Below, one piece after another: positions 1-8,962 of a stretch of DNA of 64,000 bases. The notes beneath the pieces are model-generated. The model was not told the origin of the DNA, made no database searches, and saw only the letters and a list, made by a program, of their open reading frames with translations. The DNA lies in the NCBI GenBank assembly GCA_045632285.1, contig JAZQWJ010000069.1:235-64234 (forward strand), in the 5' to 3' direction. Both the position numbers and the translations under genes were made by a program. This stretch comes from Eubacteriales bacterium (GTDB lineage Bacteria > Bacillota > Clostridia > Oscillospirales > CAG-272). The stretch's first letter is position 1; every line of letters begins with the position of its first letter.

Positions 1-204
1 GTGGCAAAATGCCGAGCCGTTGCTCGGCAAGCCAAGGTTATCCTACTTGCCGCAGGCAAGTTGACATGCACCCGCTCGCTTTTGAAAAAGCGAGACCAAA
101 ACTTTCCCCAAACGCGCGCCGCATTGTGCGGTGCAAATACCCCCACAAATCAAAATTCGAATATTTTAACAACCCATTTTATAATACATAACAAGGAGGA
201 ACAC

Positions 205-1365
205 ATGAAAGTAACCGATGTAAAAGTATTTGCCGTGGATTGCTTCCGCACCAACTGGATGTTTGTTAAGGTCTACACCGACGAGGGTGTGACCGGTGTG
301 GGCGAGGCGACCCTGGAATACAAGGAAAAGGCGCTGATCGGCGCCGTGGAGCACATCAAGGAATATCTGGTGGGCAAGAACCCCTTGGATATTGAAAAGC
401 ACTATCACGATATCTACCGCGATGCCTATTGGCGCGGCGGTGCCGTGCTGATGTCCGCCCTCTCTGCCGTGGAAATGGCCCTGTGGGATATTCTCGGCAA
501 GCACCTTGGCGTGCCCGTATATCAATTGCTTGGCGGCAAGGTCAACGACAAGGTGCGCATCTACGTCAACGGCTGGTTCTCGGGTGCCAAGGAGCCCGAG
601 GAGTTCGGCGAAAAGGCGAAAGTAGCCGTGCAGCGCGGCATCACCGCAATGAAGTGGGATCCCTTTGGCAAATCCTATCTGGAGATCTCCAATGCCGACC
701 TTGACAAGGCGCTGCGCTGTGTGGCCGCTGTCCGTGAGGCGGTGGGCGACAAGGTAGACCTGCTCATCGAGGGTCATGGCCGTTTCAACGTGCCCACGGG
801 AATCAAGATCGCCAAGGAGCTGGAGCAGTTCAAGCCCATGCTCTTTGAAGAGCCGGTTCCCCCCGACAATCTGGAGGCGCTGAAGGCCGTGCGCGACAAA
901 TCTCCCGTGGCCATTTCTGCGGGCGAGCGTCTTTACACGCTGCGCTCCTTTAAGGATCTGTTTGAAATGCGTGCCGCCGACTACATCCAGCCCGATATCA
1001 GCCATGCGGGTGGCATTATGGAGCTGAAAAAGATCGCTGCCGCCGCCGAGGCCTACTACATCCCCTTCGCTCCCCACAATCCCTCCGGCCCCGTGGCCAA
1101 CGCCGCCACGCTGCAGCTGGCCGCCTGCTGCCCCAACTTCTCCATTCTGGAGATCATGCACAGCGACGTGATCTGGCGCGCCGACGTGACCAACGAGAAG
1201 CTGGAGTACAAGGATGGCTATATCACCGTTCCCGACAAGCCCGGACTTGGTATTGAAATTAACGAGGAGGAGTGCCTGAAGCATCCCTATTCCGTCCATA
1301 CGCTGCGCCATTACACCGGGGCACTGACCGACATCAGACCTCCCGAGACCGCGTTTTATTTTTGA
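205..1365 (+). CDS. Enolase-superfamily sugar-acid dehydratase (D-galactonate dehydratase / mandelate racemase family)
   Basis: Frame-1 ORF. The ATG at 205 is preceded by AAGGAGG (193-199). MKVTDVKVFAV..VYTDEGVTGVGEAT..ALWDILGK..GGK.. and later KWDPFG, EEPVPP, ISHAGG, APHNPSGP follow the layout of DgoD-like enolase-superfamily enzymes. The 68 codons upstream, reaching the window edge, are hairpin-rich and look non-coding. Confidence 0.85.
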   Translation: MKVTDVKVFAVDCFRTNWMFVKVYTDEGVTGVGEATLEYKEKALIGAVEHIKEYLVGKNPLDIEKHYHDIYRDAYWRGGAVLMSALSAVEMALWDILGKHLGVPVYQLLGGKVNDKVRIYVNGWFSGAKEPEEFGEKAKVAVQRGITAMKWDPFGKSYLEISNADLDKALRCVAAVREAVGDKVDLLIEGHGRFNVPTGIKIAKELEQFKPMLFEEPVPPDNLEALKAVRDKSPVAISAGERLYTLRSFKDLFEMRAADYIQPDISHAGGIMELKKIAAAAEAYYIPFAPHNPSGPVANAATLQLAACCPNFSILEIMHSDVIWRADVTNEKLEYKDGYITVPDKPGLGIEINEEECLKHPYSVHTLRHYTGALTDIRPPETAFYF

Positions 1366-1374
1366 GGTGAAGTC

Positions 1375-2151
1375 ATGAACAAAACCGTACTTATCACCGG
1401 CGCCTGCATCAACACGGGCGTGGCTATTGTTGAAAAATTTGCTGCCGAGGGCTATGACGTGGTCTTTACCGGCAGAAGCCCCGAAAAGGTGGCCGAGGCT
1501 GAGACGGCCTACCGCAAAAACTTCCCCGACGTGAAGATCCTCGGCTATGCCATTGATTCCTTGATTAACCCCACAACGGTAGACGAAAACGGCGTTTTGG
1601 AGCTGTTTGCAGACCTTGATCAAAAGGGCATTTTCGTTGAAACGCTGGTGCTGAACGCCGCCGATCAGGGCCTTGGTATGAAGATCTTTGAAAGCCCCCT
1701 CACCGACATGATGCGGGTGATCAATACCAACGTGGTCTGGAACTATTGCCTTTGTGAGCAGGCAGCACTCCGCATGAAGGCACAGGGCGGCGGCAACATT
1801 GTGTTTGTCAACTCCAACACCGCCTACCGCGCCATTCCCGACCGCGTGGCCTACGTGGCCTCCAAGGGCGGCCAGCTGGGACTGATGCGCGCGTTGACAC
1901 TGGATCTCGGAAAGTACAACATCCGCGTCAACGCCGTGCTGCCCGGTATGATCAAGACCGACCGCTGGGAGAAAAATCCCGACTTTTACAACACCGTACC
2001 CTCACGCTATACCCCCATTGGGGACGTGGCCGTCGGTGCAGATATTGCGGATGCGGTCTACTACTTCGCAGCCCACGCACGAAACACCACAGGCGCAGAG
2101 CTGGTGGTGGACGGCGGTAACACCGTGCAGCTGTATCCCATTATTCCCTAA
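1375..2151 (+). CDS. Short-chain dehydrogenase/reductase (SDR) family oxidoreductase
   Basis: GAGGTG RBS lies upstream of the ATG at 1375. It has an N-terminal Rossmann motif VLITGACINTGVAI and a Y-x3-K active site (YVASKGG). It starts 10 nt after the dehydratase, so the two are probably one operon. Confidence 0.85.
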   Translation: MNKTVLITGACINTGVAIVEKFAAEGYDVVFTGRSPEKVAEAETAYRKNFPDVKILGYAIDSLINPTTVDENGVLELFADLDQKGIFVETLVLNAADQGLGMKIFESPLTDMMRVINTNVVWNYCLCEQAALRMKAQGGGNIVFVNSNTAYRAIPDRVAYVASKGGQLGLMRALTLDLGKYNIRVNAVLPGMIKTDRWEKNPDFYNTVPSRYTPIGDVAVGADIADAVYYFAAHARNTTGAELVVDGGNTVQLYPIIP

Positions 2152-2157
2152 ACAAAA

Positions 2158-2202
2158 ACAGGCAATATCCCCCCAAACGGTGTGGGATATTGCCTGTTTT
2201 CT
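2158..2202. terminator. Rho-independent terminator between the SDR gene and the orphan spoIVB 3' fragment
   Basis: The 14-bp stem ACAGGCAATATCCC / GGGATATTGCCTGT is followed by TTTT. Confidence 0.75.
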
Positions 2203-2206
2203 GTCT

Positions 2207-2349
2207 TTACCCCGCCTGCGACAGGGGCGTTGCCATATTGGCAAGCATATTCTCTATAAATATCCCATATCCCGTGGTGGGATCGTTGATCATCACGTGG
2301 GTGACCGCACCGACCAGCTTGCCGTTTTGAATGATGGGGCTGCCGGACA
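2207..2349 (-). pseudogene. Orphan 3'-terminal fragment of spoIVB (last ~45 codons only)
   Basis: The minus-strand translation ..[46 protein letters not shown] nearly duplicates the C-terminus of the intact SpoIVB at 5448-6470. There is no upstream protease or PDZ coding. The residues upstream in track ORF 2207-2419 are unrelated. Confidence 0.85.
2230..2349. repeat. Direct repeat, copy A (120 bp), pairs with 5459-5578
   Basis: Aligned by eye, it starts TTGCCATATTGGCAAGCATATTCTC and ends ATGATGGGGCTGCCGGACA. I count 4 mismatches in 120 nt. Confidence 0.9.
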
Positions 2350-2485
2350 CGAGTGTGGTCAAGTAGGGACAACACATTTTTGCAATTTTTTGACTGTTTT
2401 GACACCATTTGTTAAGCAAATCGTCCCTTTATATCAATTTCAATAAGATGATATTTTTATGAAAAATTTGCTGTTGCGTATTATT

Positions 2486-3289
2486 TTATATATTGTTGGT
2501 CTTTTGCCTTTTGTATTGCAATGGTGACATGCCTGTTTCGTTTTTGAAAGTGCGTGAAAAAAATGAAATGCTGCTGAATCCGCAGCTTTCGCTGATTTCT
2601 GTGACCGACAGATCTGTTTTGCTAAGCAACTCTTTTGCCATGGTGATTCGCGTTTTCATTATATACTCCATAACGGTCAATCCGATTTTTTTCTTGAACA
2701 GTCTGCAAAAATGATATTTGCTCAGATAGCACGAGGCACAAATCTGATCAATTTTTAGTTCTTCTGTAATATGATGGTTGATGTATTCCACCGCCGTTTG
2801 GATGTTGTCGAAATTACAGGTGAGCTCATCCCCCATGCTCTGAGAGATCAGTACCGTCAAATCGAAAATTGCCGCATAGGACTTTGCTTGAAAATGATCT
2901 GTGTCGCTCCTTAGCTTATTAAGTTCTTCAAAAATATCTTCCGCACGGTGAAAATTGTGCTCGGAAAGCATCCCTATCACGATCCTATCCTCGCCAAGTA
3001 TAGGATATAATTTTCGGTTATGTGATAGAAGTCCGGAGATTTTTTCAAGCTCTTCTGAATCAACAAAGAGCTTACTTCTTGTGTATTGCTCGGGAATATC
3101 CGGGAATGTGTAATGGTATTTCCGATTTCCGATAAAACAGAGCAGCCCTTTTTCCATAGGATAACTTTTCTCTCTTGTAACAATGCTTCCGCTGCCGGAT
3201 TGGATCAACAGAAACATGTTATTTTCTGGCTCATGCCAGATTTTGTAATGCGCATCTCGCCCTACCTGTCGATATATTATCTCACTCAT
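2486..3289 (-). CDS. AraC-family transcriptional regulator
   Basis: The C-terminal double HTH (..YLSKYHFCRLFKKKIGLTVMEYIMKTRITMAKELL..TEISESCGFSSISFFSRTFKNETGMSPLQYKR) is typical of AraC/XylS, and the N-terminus is a cupin-like sensor. The gene is AT-rich compared with the flanks. Confidence 0.85.
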   Translation of the reverse strand: MSEIIYRQVGRDAHYKIWHEPENNMFLLIQSGSGSIVTREKSYPMEKGLLCFIGNRKYHYTFPDIPEQYTRSKLFVDSEELEKISGLLSHNRKLYPILGEDRIVIGMLSEHNFHRAEDIFEELNKLRSDTDHFQAKSYAAIFDLTVLISQSMGDELTCNFDNIQTAVEYINHHITEELKIDQICASCYLSKYHFCRLFKKKIGLTVMEYIMKTRITMAKELLSKTDLSVTEISESCGFSSISFFSRTFKNETGMSPLQYKRQKTNNI

Positions 3290-3424
3290 TGCCCAATCAC
3301 CTCATCGTCCATTATACCGCATTTTGCAGAAAAAAGCAATACAAGTCAAAAAACAGGCAAGAATAAACTTTTTTCACTCTGATTTTTGAGATATAATGAT
3401 GAAAACAAAGAAAGGAAGAAGAAA

Positions 3425-4306
3425 ATGAAAAACTTAAAAGGAATTTATACCGCGTTGCTAACCCCCTTTACAAAGGATGGTAAGATCAACGAAAAAGAGC
3501 TCGCAAAGCTTGTGCGCTATAATCTCGCACTCGGAGTAGACGGTTTTTACGTTTGCGGAAGCACGGCAGAGGCACTGATGCTGAACGTGGAAGAGCGAAT
3601 GGAGATCATGAGAATTGTCAAAGATAACGCAAAGGATGCAAATCTAATTGCACACATCGGAAGCTTGAACGAACGCGATGCGCACAAATTGGCGGCGTAT
3701 GCCCGTGAGTTATCCTACGATCTGATCTCCTCGGTTGCACCGTTTTATTATAAGTTTAGTTTTTCTGAGATCAAGGACTATTACGTTCGTCTTGCAGAAT
3801 CCTCGGGAATGAAAATGCTGGTTTACCACTTTCCTGCGTTTTCGGGTGTATCTATGGGGTCTGATGAAATATCTTCCTTCCTTGGTGACGATCGGTTTGC
3901 GGGAATTAAATTTACCTCAAACGATTTCTTTACGCTTGAGCGGTGCAAGAGTAAATTTCCCGACAAGCTTGTTTTCAACGGATACGACGAAATGATGCTT
4001 TCAGGACTTGCGATGGGGGCGGATGGCGGTATCGGAAGCACTTATAATTTTATGGCTGACAAATTTGTTTTGATAAGAAAGCTATTTGGGGAAGGAAAGA
4101 TTGAAGGGGCAAAACGCATACAAAACGAGGCAAACAGAATAATTACCGTTCTTTGCAAGATTGGTGTAATGCAAGCCGAAAAAGAGGTTATGAATCAGCT
4201 AGGTTTTGATTTTGGCGATTGCTTACCGCCGTTTTCAAAAATCAGCGAGGAACAAAAGGCATTGATTGCCGAGAAAATAATGCCTTTTATAAAAAACGGC
4301 ATTTGA
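3425..4306 (+). CDS. nanA: N-acetylneuraminate lyase (DHDPS/NanA family)
   Basis: The ATG at 3425 follows GAAAGGAAGAAG. Blocks match E. coli NanA as recalled: LLTPF, GSTAEA, APFYYKFSF, VYHFPAFSGV, catalytic-Lys context GIKFTSND, NGYDE, GADGGIGSTYN. The track start at 3386 is a TTG without an RBS. Confidence 0.85.
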   Translation: MKNLKGIYTALLTPFTKDGKINEKELAKLVRYNLALGVDGFYVCGSTAEALMLNVEERMEIMRIVKDNAKDANLIAHIGSLNERDAHKLAAYARELSYDLISSVAPFYYKFSFSEIKDYYVRLAESSGMKMLVYHFPAFSGVSMGSDEISSFLGDDRFAGIKFTSNDFFTLERCKSKFPDKLVFNGYDEMMLSGLAMGADGGIGSTYNFMADKFVLIRKLFGEGKIEGAKRIQNEANRIITVLCKIGVMQAEKEVMNQLGFDFGDCLPPFSKISEEQKALIAEKIMPFIKNGI

Positions 4307-4322
4307 CGGAGAGGCGTTGAAA

Positions 4323-5294
4323 ATGGTTGTAGAAAAGGCGATAGCGGATTATACAGACTTCAGGATTCCGGGGTTAGTCGTAACAGAGAGCGGTACGCTG
4401 CTTCGATATTGTGAATGCCGCCGTTCTCGGAGCGATTGGGCAGATATTGATATTAAGATCAGCAGAAGCACGGATAATGGAAAGACATGGGAAACGATTC
4501 TTTTGATAGAAAGCGGCGGTAATACGCTGAATAATCCCGTTATGTTTGTTAACGAAGAAAAGCTTGTTTTTCTTTATTGTAAAAACTATAAAGAGATATG
4601 GAAATGTGTAAGCACGGACGACGGTAAAACCTTTGGCGAAGCCAAGCGTGTGGATTTTGAGAACAGCGTTGACTTTTTTTACAACGTTGTAGCGGTGGGA
4701 CCGGGGCACGGAATTGTCCATAAAGGAAGACTTTTGGTGCCAATCTGGTTTGCATATAACAGGCAAGATGAAAAGGCGCATCGCCCGTCCTTTATTTCCA
4801 CGCTCTATTCCGATGACGGTGGCGATCATTTTCGCGTTGGCGAAATTATTTTTAGGGATATACTTAAAAATCCCAGCGAGTGCGCATTTGCTATCACCGC
4901 AGAAAATGAGGTCCTGATATCAATTCGTCATGAAGGCGAAATAAGAAAGCGCGGCTTGGCAAAAAGTGCTAACGGCATCTCTGCATGGAGAGAGCTTCAC
5001 TTTGAGGAAAATCTTTCTGATCCCATATGTATGGGAAGTATGACGCACCATAATGGCAGGATATATCACTCAAATTGCGATTCTGTTCAAGAAAGGATAA
5101 ATTTAACAGTTAAAATATCCGACGACTGTTTTAAGACAATTCACAACATATATGTTTCCGACTTCGGCGGATACTCGGATATAGCAGTATGGGATGACAA
5201 GCTCTTTATCCTTTATGAAAAGACCGTTTTAACAGAAAGTAAAGCAATTAAACCGTTTGAATTGTTTTTTGAAACCATAAATCTGCCAAGATGA
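4323..5294 (+). CDS. Exo-alpha-sialidase (GH33, BNR/Asp-box), no signal peptide
   Basis: It has the FRIPGL (RIP) motif near the N-terminus and Asp-boxes SRSTDNGKTW, STDDGKTF and YSDDGGDHF. The ATG at 4323 lies 8 nt after GGAGAGG. There is no N-terminal hydrophobic segment. Confidence 0.85.
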   Translation: MVVEKAIADYTDFRIPGLVVTESGTLLRYCECRRSRSDWADIDIKISRSTDNGKTWETILLIESGGNTLNNPVMFVNEEKLVFLYCKNYKEIWKCVSTDDGKTFGEAKRVDFENSVDFFYNVVAVGPGHGIVHKGRLLVPIWFAYNRQDEKAHRPSFISTLYSDDGGDHFRVGEIIFRDILKNPSECAFAITAENEVLISIRHEGEIRKRGLAKSANGISAWRELHFEENLSDPICMGSMTHHNGRIYHSNCDSVQERINLTVKISDDCFKTIHNIYVSDFGGYSDIAVWDDKLFILYEKTVLTESKAIKPFELFFETINLPR

Positions 5295-5447
5295 AAGGCA
5301 TCATCCAAGGAAGAGTAGTGTGTTATAATAGAGACAACACTTTTATGCAACGAATTTAATAATCTTCGGACAAAAACGATTGTCCCTTATTGAACTCACT
5401 CATAGTGAACGTTCCGTAAGGGACAACAGTTTTATTCATTTTTTGTG

Positions 5448-6470
5448 TTACGACGCCTTTGCCATATTGGCAAGCATATTCTCAATAAAGATACCATATC
5501 CCGTGGTGGGATCGTTGATCATCACGTGGGTGACCGCGCCGACCAGCTTGCCGTTTTGAATGATGGGGCTGCCGGACATGCCCTGCACGATGCCACCTGT
5601 TTTGGAAAGCAGTGCGGGATCGGTCACCTTTACGGTAAAGCATTTGTTGCCGTCGGCATTGCAACGGATGGCAGAAAGCTCCACCGCGTATTCCCGAGGA
5701 GCGCCGTCATCCAACGTACAGCGCAAGGTGGCGGTGCCGGATTGCACCTCGTTCCGATAGGCAATGGGTAGCGTGTCACCAAGGTAGCGCGGGCAGGCCG
5801 TAAAGCTGCCAAACACACCGCAAACGGTGTTTTGCGTTAAAACGCCGTTGCGTTCCGGCGAAAAATGACCGCGCAACTCGCCCGGTGCCCCTGCGGCGCC
5901 CTTGCGGACGTCGCTGATGCCAACACCCATCACGGTTCCGCGCGAAAGCGGGATCAGCGCGCCGCTTTCACCGTCACAAATGCCGTGCCCCAGCCCGCCA
6001 AAGGCAAGATCCTTGGTAACAAAGGTCACGGTGCCGATGCCGGCCCCCGCATCCCGTACAAATAACCCGGCGCGCAATCGGCCGTCCTCATCGCAGGGGA
6101 GTGGCGTCAGCGTGACCCTGCTCTCTTGCCCATCTCGCTTATAAAGCAGCGTGATGGGTTTTTTGCCGTTTTGAGCAATGACCTCTGACAGCTCGCCCGC
6201 GGTGTCGATCTGCCGACCGTTGACCGCGCAGATGCAGTCGCCGGGGCGCAGCCCCGCCTCTTTGGCGGGGTTGCGATCTTTGCCGTTGCATCGCACGTCA
6301 CAGTAGTTGACCACCAGCACGCCATCGGTGAGAAAGCGCACGCCAAAGGGTGTGCCGCCCACGGTGAGGGTGGGCCGATCCTCGGCCGCCGTTGGCAGGG
6401 CGGCCATGCAAATGAAAAGAAGCAATGTCAGCAAAAAGCCGCACCGTTTCAATGTTTTTTTGATTTTCAT
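5448..6470 (-). CDS. spoIVB: SpoIVB stage IV sporulation signalling serine peptidase (S55) with PDZ domain
   Basis: The start is MKIKKTLKRCGFLLTLLL.. (signal/anchor) at 6470, after a GGGGGA RBS. It has a PDZ-like segment (GLRPGDCICAVNGRQI) and the S55 peptidase C-terminal block [20 protein letters not shown]. The track start at 6539 lacks an RBS. Confidence 0.85.
   Translation of the reverse strand: MKIKKTLKRCGFLLTLLLFICMAALPTAAEDRPTLTVGGTPFGVRFLTDGVLVVNYCDVRCNGKDRNPAKEAGLRPGDCICAVNGRQIDTAGELSEVIAQNGKKPITLLYKRDGQESRVTLTPLPCDEDGRLRAGLFVRDAGAGIGTVTFVTKDLAFGGLGHGICDGESGALIPLSRGTVMGVGISDVRKGAAGAPGELRGHFSPERNGVLTQNTVCGVFGSFTACPRYLGDTLPIAYRNEVQSGTATLRCTLDDGAPREYAVELSAIRCNADGNKCFTVKVTDPALLSKTGGIVQGMSGSPIIQNGKLVGAVTHVMINDPTTGYGIFIENMLANMAKAS
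5459..5578. repeat. Direct repeat, copy B (120 bp), pairs with 2230-2349
   Basis: This copy forms the in-frame 3' end of the intact spoIVB. Confidence 0.9.
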
Positions 6471-6610
6471 GTGTGTTTTCCCCCAAAAACTCGCAGTGAT
6501 ATTACTATGTGCAAAAATGCCGACTTTCATCAATAGCAATTAACACACCGCTTGTCTGTTTTATCCGTTTTGCAGACTTGCGTTCCTTTTTATAATATCT
6601 CTTTTTTCTA

Positions 6611-6658
6611 TTGACTTTATCAAAAAATGTGGTACAATATTGTTAGTTATCTAACTAA
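6611..6658 (+). promoter_or_regulatory. Sigma-A-type promoter plus palindromic operator upstream of the marR-ABC operon
   Basis: TTGACT (6611-6616), a 16-nt spacer, then TACAAT (6633-6638). A perfect 7-bp inverted repeat TTAGTTA-TC-TAACTAA (6643-6658) follows immediately at the expected +1 region, which is typical of MarR autoregulation. Confidence 0.6.
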
Positions 6659-6681
6659 TTATTTTTGAAAAGAGGAGTATT

Positions 6682-7161
6682 ATGGAAAAGCAGAACCGTA
6701 TGCCGCCGTCTCCGCCTGTGCGAGAGGAGCTGCGGCATTTGCCGCAGGCGCCCCGTATGATCATGGAGATCTCGCGCTTGATCCGCTTTCGCGTAAGAGC
6801 GCGCGAGGAGGGGGGCATTATGGCGCAGAATACCGCCCGATTGATCCTGGCCCATCTGGCAGCACAGGATAACGTGCAGCAGCTGGAGCTTGTTAAGCTG
6901 ACCCGTTTAAAGGCACCTACGGTCAGCGTTCTGCTGCGCCGATTGGAGGCTGAGGGCTACGTGGTGCGTACGCCCGACCCTGTGGATCGGCGCGCGGTGC
7001 GCGTGTCGTTGGGGGAGCGCGGCAGAGAATTTGACCGGTTGCATCTTTCTAACATTTCGTGCAACGATCAAGCGGCTATGGCGGGATTTACCGCCGAGGA
7101 GCGGGCCACTTTGGAGCGATTGCTTGCCCGCGTACGCGATAATTTGCTTGGAGGTGAGTGA
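6682..7161 (+). CDS. MarR-family transcriptional regulator
   Basis: AGAGGAG RBS. It has a winged-HTH core (LELVKLTRLKAPTVSVLLRRLEAEGYVVRTPDPVDRRAVRVSL). Confidence 0.85.
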   Translation: MEKQNRMPPSPPVREELRHLPQAPRMIMEISRLIRFRVRAREEGGIMAQNTARLILAHLAAQDNVQQLELVKLTRLKAPTVSVLLRRLEAEGYVVRTPDPVDRRAVRVSLGERGREFDRLHLSNISCNDQAAMAGFTAEERATLERLLARVRDNLLGGE

Positions 7162-7162
7162 G

Positions 7163-8962
7163 ATGCGCGGATTGTTTAAATACTTAAAGCCCTATTGGCA
7201 TTTTGCCATTTTGTCGCCCATTTTGATGATCCTGGAGGTCACGGCCGATCTGTGCCTGCCCTATTTGATGTCCTTTATCGTCAACTACGGCATTATTGGC
7301 GCGGATATTTCCGAAAGCGGATTGGCTTTTGGCATTATGAGCACGCTGTTTCCGGGTGGATTTGAGGGGATGCACGTCATATTGACCTTTGGTGTGCTGA
7401 TGCTGCTGGTCACCCTTGTGGGTGGCTTTTTCGGCACGCTTTGCGCGTGGACTGCGGCCAAGGCCTCTCAGGGCTTTGGGCACGATCTGCGTCGTGATGC
7501 CTATGCCCGCGTGATGTCTCTTTCTATCGAGCAGACCGACAAATTTACCACCGGATCGCTGGTCACCCGTATGACCAATGACATTGCGATGATCGTGGAA
7601 TTTATGGAAATGATCCTGCGTATGTTCGTGCGGTCGCCCTTTTTCCTGATCGGTGGCACCTTCTTTTTGTTGTCGCTGGACGTCAGCTTTGGTGTGGTGC
7701 TGCTTGCGGCCATCCCTGTGCTGATCCTGACGCTTGGGCTGGTGCTGTTTCGTGCCGTGCCCATGTTTTCGGTGGTGCAAAAGCGACTGGACCGCGTGAA
7801 CTGCGTGGTGCAGGAAAATGTCAGCGGCGCTCGCGTGGTCAAGGCCTACGTGCGTGAGGATTATGAGTGTGAGCGTTTTCGTGCTGCCAGTGGGAGCTTG
7901 CGTGACGTGAACTATCGTGTGCAAAAGCTGATGGCTATCATCCATCCCGTGCTGGTGGTGGTGCAGAATTTTGCCGTGATCGCGGTGATCCTGCTTGGCG
8001 GGCACAAGATCGCAGACGGCATTGGCGGTATGAGCACGGGCAACGTGATGGCCGCCGTGACCTATACCATTCAGGTCGTATCCTCTATTATGATGATCAC
8101 GATGATGTTTCAATCGGTCTCTCGCGCCCTTGCCTCGGCGCACCGTGTGCGCGAGGTCTTGGATACCGAGCCCGTGATCCAAAGCGGCGATAAGCGCGCA
8201 GAGGGCGCCCCCGTGGCGGTGGCCTTTCGCGGCGTCGGCTTTCGTTATCCCGGCACCGTAGGTCGCCCTGTGCTGCACGACATTGATCTGGAGGTGCACC
8301 GGGGAGAGACCCTTGCCATTGTGGGTGCCACCGGATGCGGCAAATCCTCGCTGGTGAGGTTGATCCCCAGATTTTACGATCCCACCGAGGGAGAGGTGCT
8401 GGTGGACGGCGTGCCGGTGCGGGAATACGATCTGAAGGCTCTGCGCCAAAAGATCGGCTTTGTGCTGCAAAAAAGCGAGCTGTTTTCCGATACCGTGGCG
8501 GGGAATATTCGTTGGGGGCGTCCCGAGGCCACCGATGCCGAGGTGCGCGAGGCTGCCGAGATCGCACAGGCGTCAGAATTTATTGCGGATTTTACCGATG
8601 GCTTTGATACCTTTGTAGCGGAAAAGGGCGCATCGCTTTCCGGTGGACAAAAGCAGCGCATGTCGATCGCCCGCGCACTGTGCCGCAAGCCTGAGATCCT
8701 GATCTTGGACGATGCCACCTCGGCGCTGGACCTTGCCACCGAGGCGAGACTTCGCGCTGCGTTGCACGAAAAATTAAAGGATACCACCGTGATCCTGATC
8801 GCGCAGCGCATTGCCAGCGTGCGAGAGGCAGATCGCATTGCCGTGATCGAAAACGGCACGGTCAAGGCCTGTGCTCCCCACGATGAATTGATGAAAAACT
8901 GCGATACGTATCGCGAAATTTATGCCTCTCAGATGGAGAGAGGAGGTGCGGCAAATGAATAA
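7163..8962 (+). CDS. ABC exporter fused TMD-NBD subunit, degenerate-site partner of a heterodimer
   Basis: The ATG at 7163 comes right after the marR stop, and the track start at 7031 overlaps marR. It has Walker A GATGCGKSS and signature LSGGQKQR. Walker B is ILILDDAT, with Asp in place of the catalytic Glu. Confidence 0.85.
   Translation: MRGLFKYLKPYWHFAILSPILMILEVTADLCLPYLMSFIVNYGIIGADISESGLAFGIMSTLFPGGFEGMHVILTFGVLMLLVTLVGGFFGTLCAWTAAKASQGFGHDLRRDAYARVMSLSIEQTDKFTTGSLVTRMTNDIAMIVEFMEMILRMFVRSPFFLIGGTFFLLSLDVSFGVVLLAAIPVLILTLGLVLFRAVPMFSVVQKRLDRVNCVVQENVSGARVVKAYVREDYECERFRAASGSLRDVNYRVQKLMAIIHPVLVVVQNFAVIAVILLGGHKIADGIGGMSTGNVMAAVTYTIQVVSSIMMITMMFQSVSRALASAHRVREVLDTEPVIQSGDKRAEGAPVAVAFRGVGFRYPGTVGRPVLHDIDLEVHRGETLAIVGATGCGKSSLVRLIPRFYDPTEGEVLVDGVPVREYDLKALRQKIGFVLQKSELFSDTVAGNIRWGRPEATDAEVREAAEIAQASEFIADFTDGFDTFVAEKGASLSGGQKQRMSIARALCRKPEILILDDATSALDLATEARLRAALHEKLKDTTVILIAQRIASVREADRIAVIENGTVKACAPHDELMKNCDTYREIYASQMERGGAANE

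Noticed and set aside
1-204. An N-terminal extension of the dehydratase ORF to the window edge, together with the 60-aa ORF at 9-191.
   Set aside because: The extension has no RBS and consists of successive hairpins (for example GCCGAGCCGTTGCTCGGC). The canonical start with AAGGAGG lies at 205.
2459-2527. A 22-codon hydrophobic mini-ORF (MKNLLLRIILYIVGLLPFVLQW) at the left edge of the cassette.
   Set aside because: It has no RBS, it overlaps the 3' end of the AraC gene on the opposite strand, and the DNA is AT-rich, where such ORFs arise by chance.
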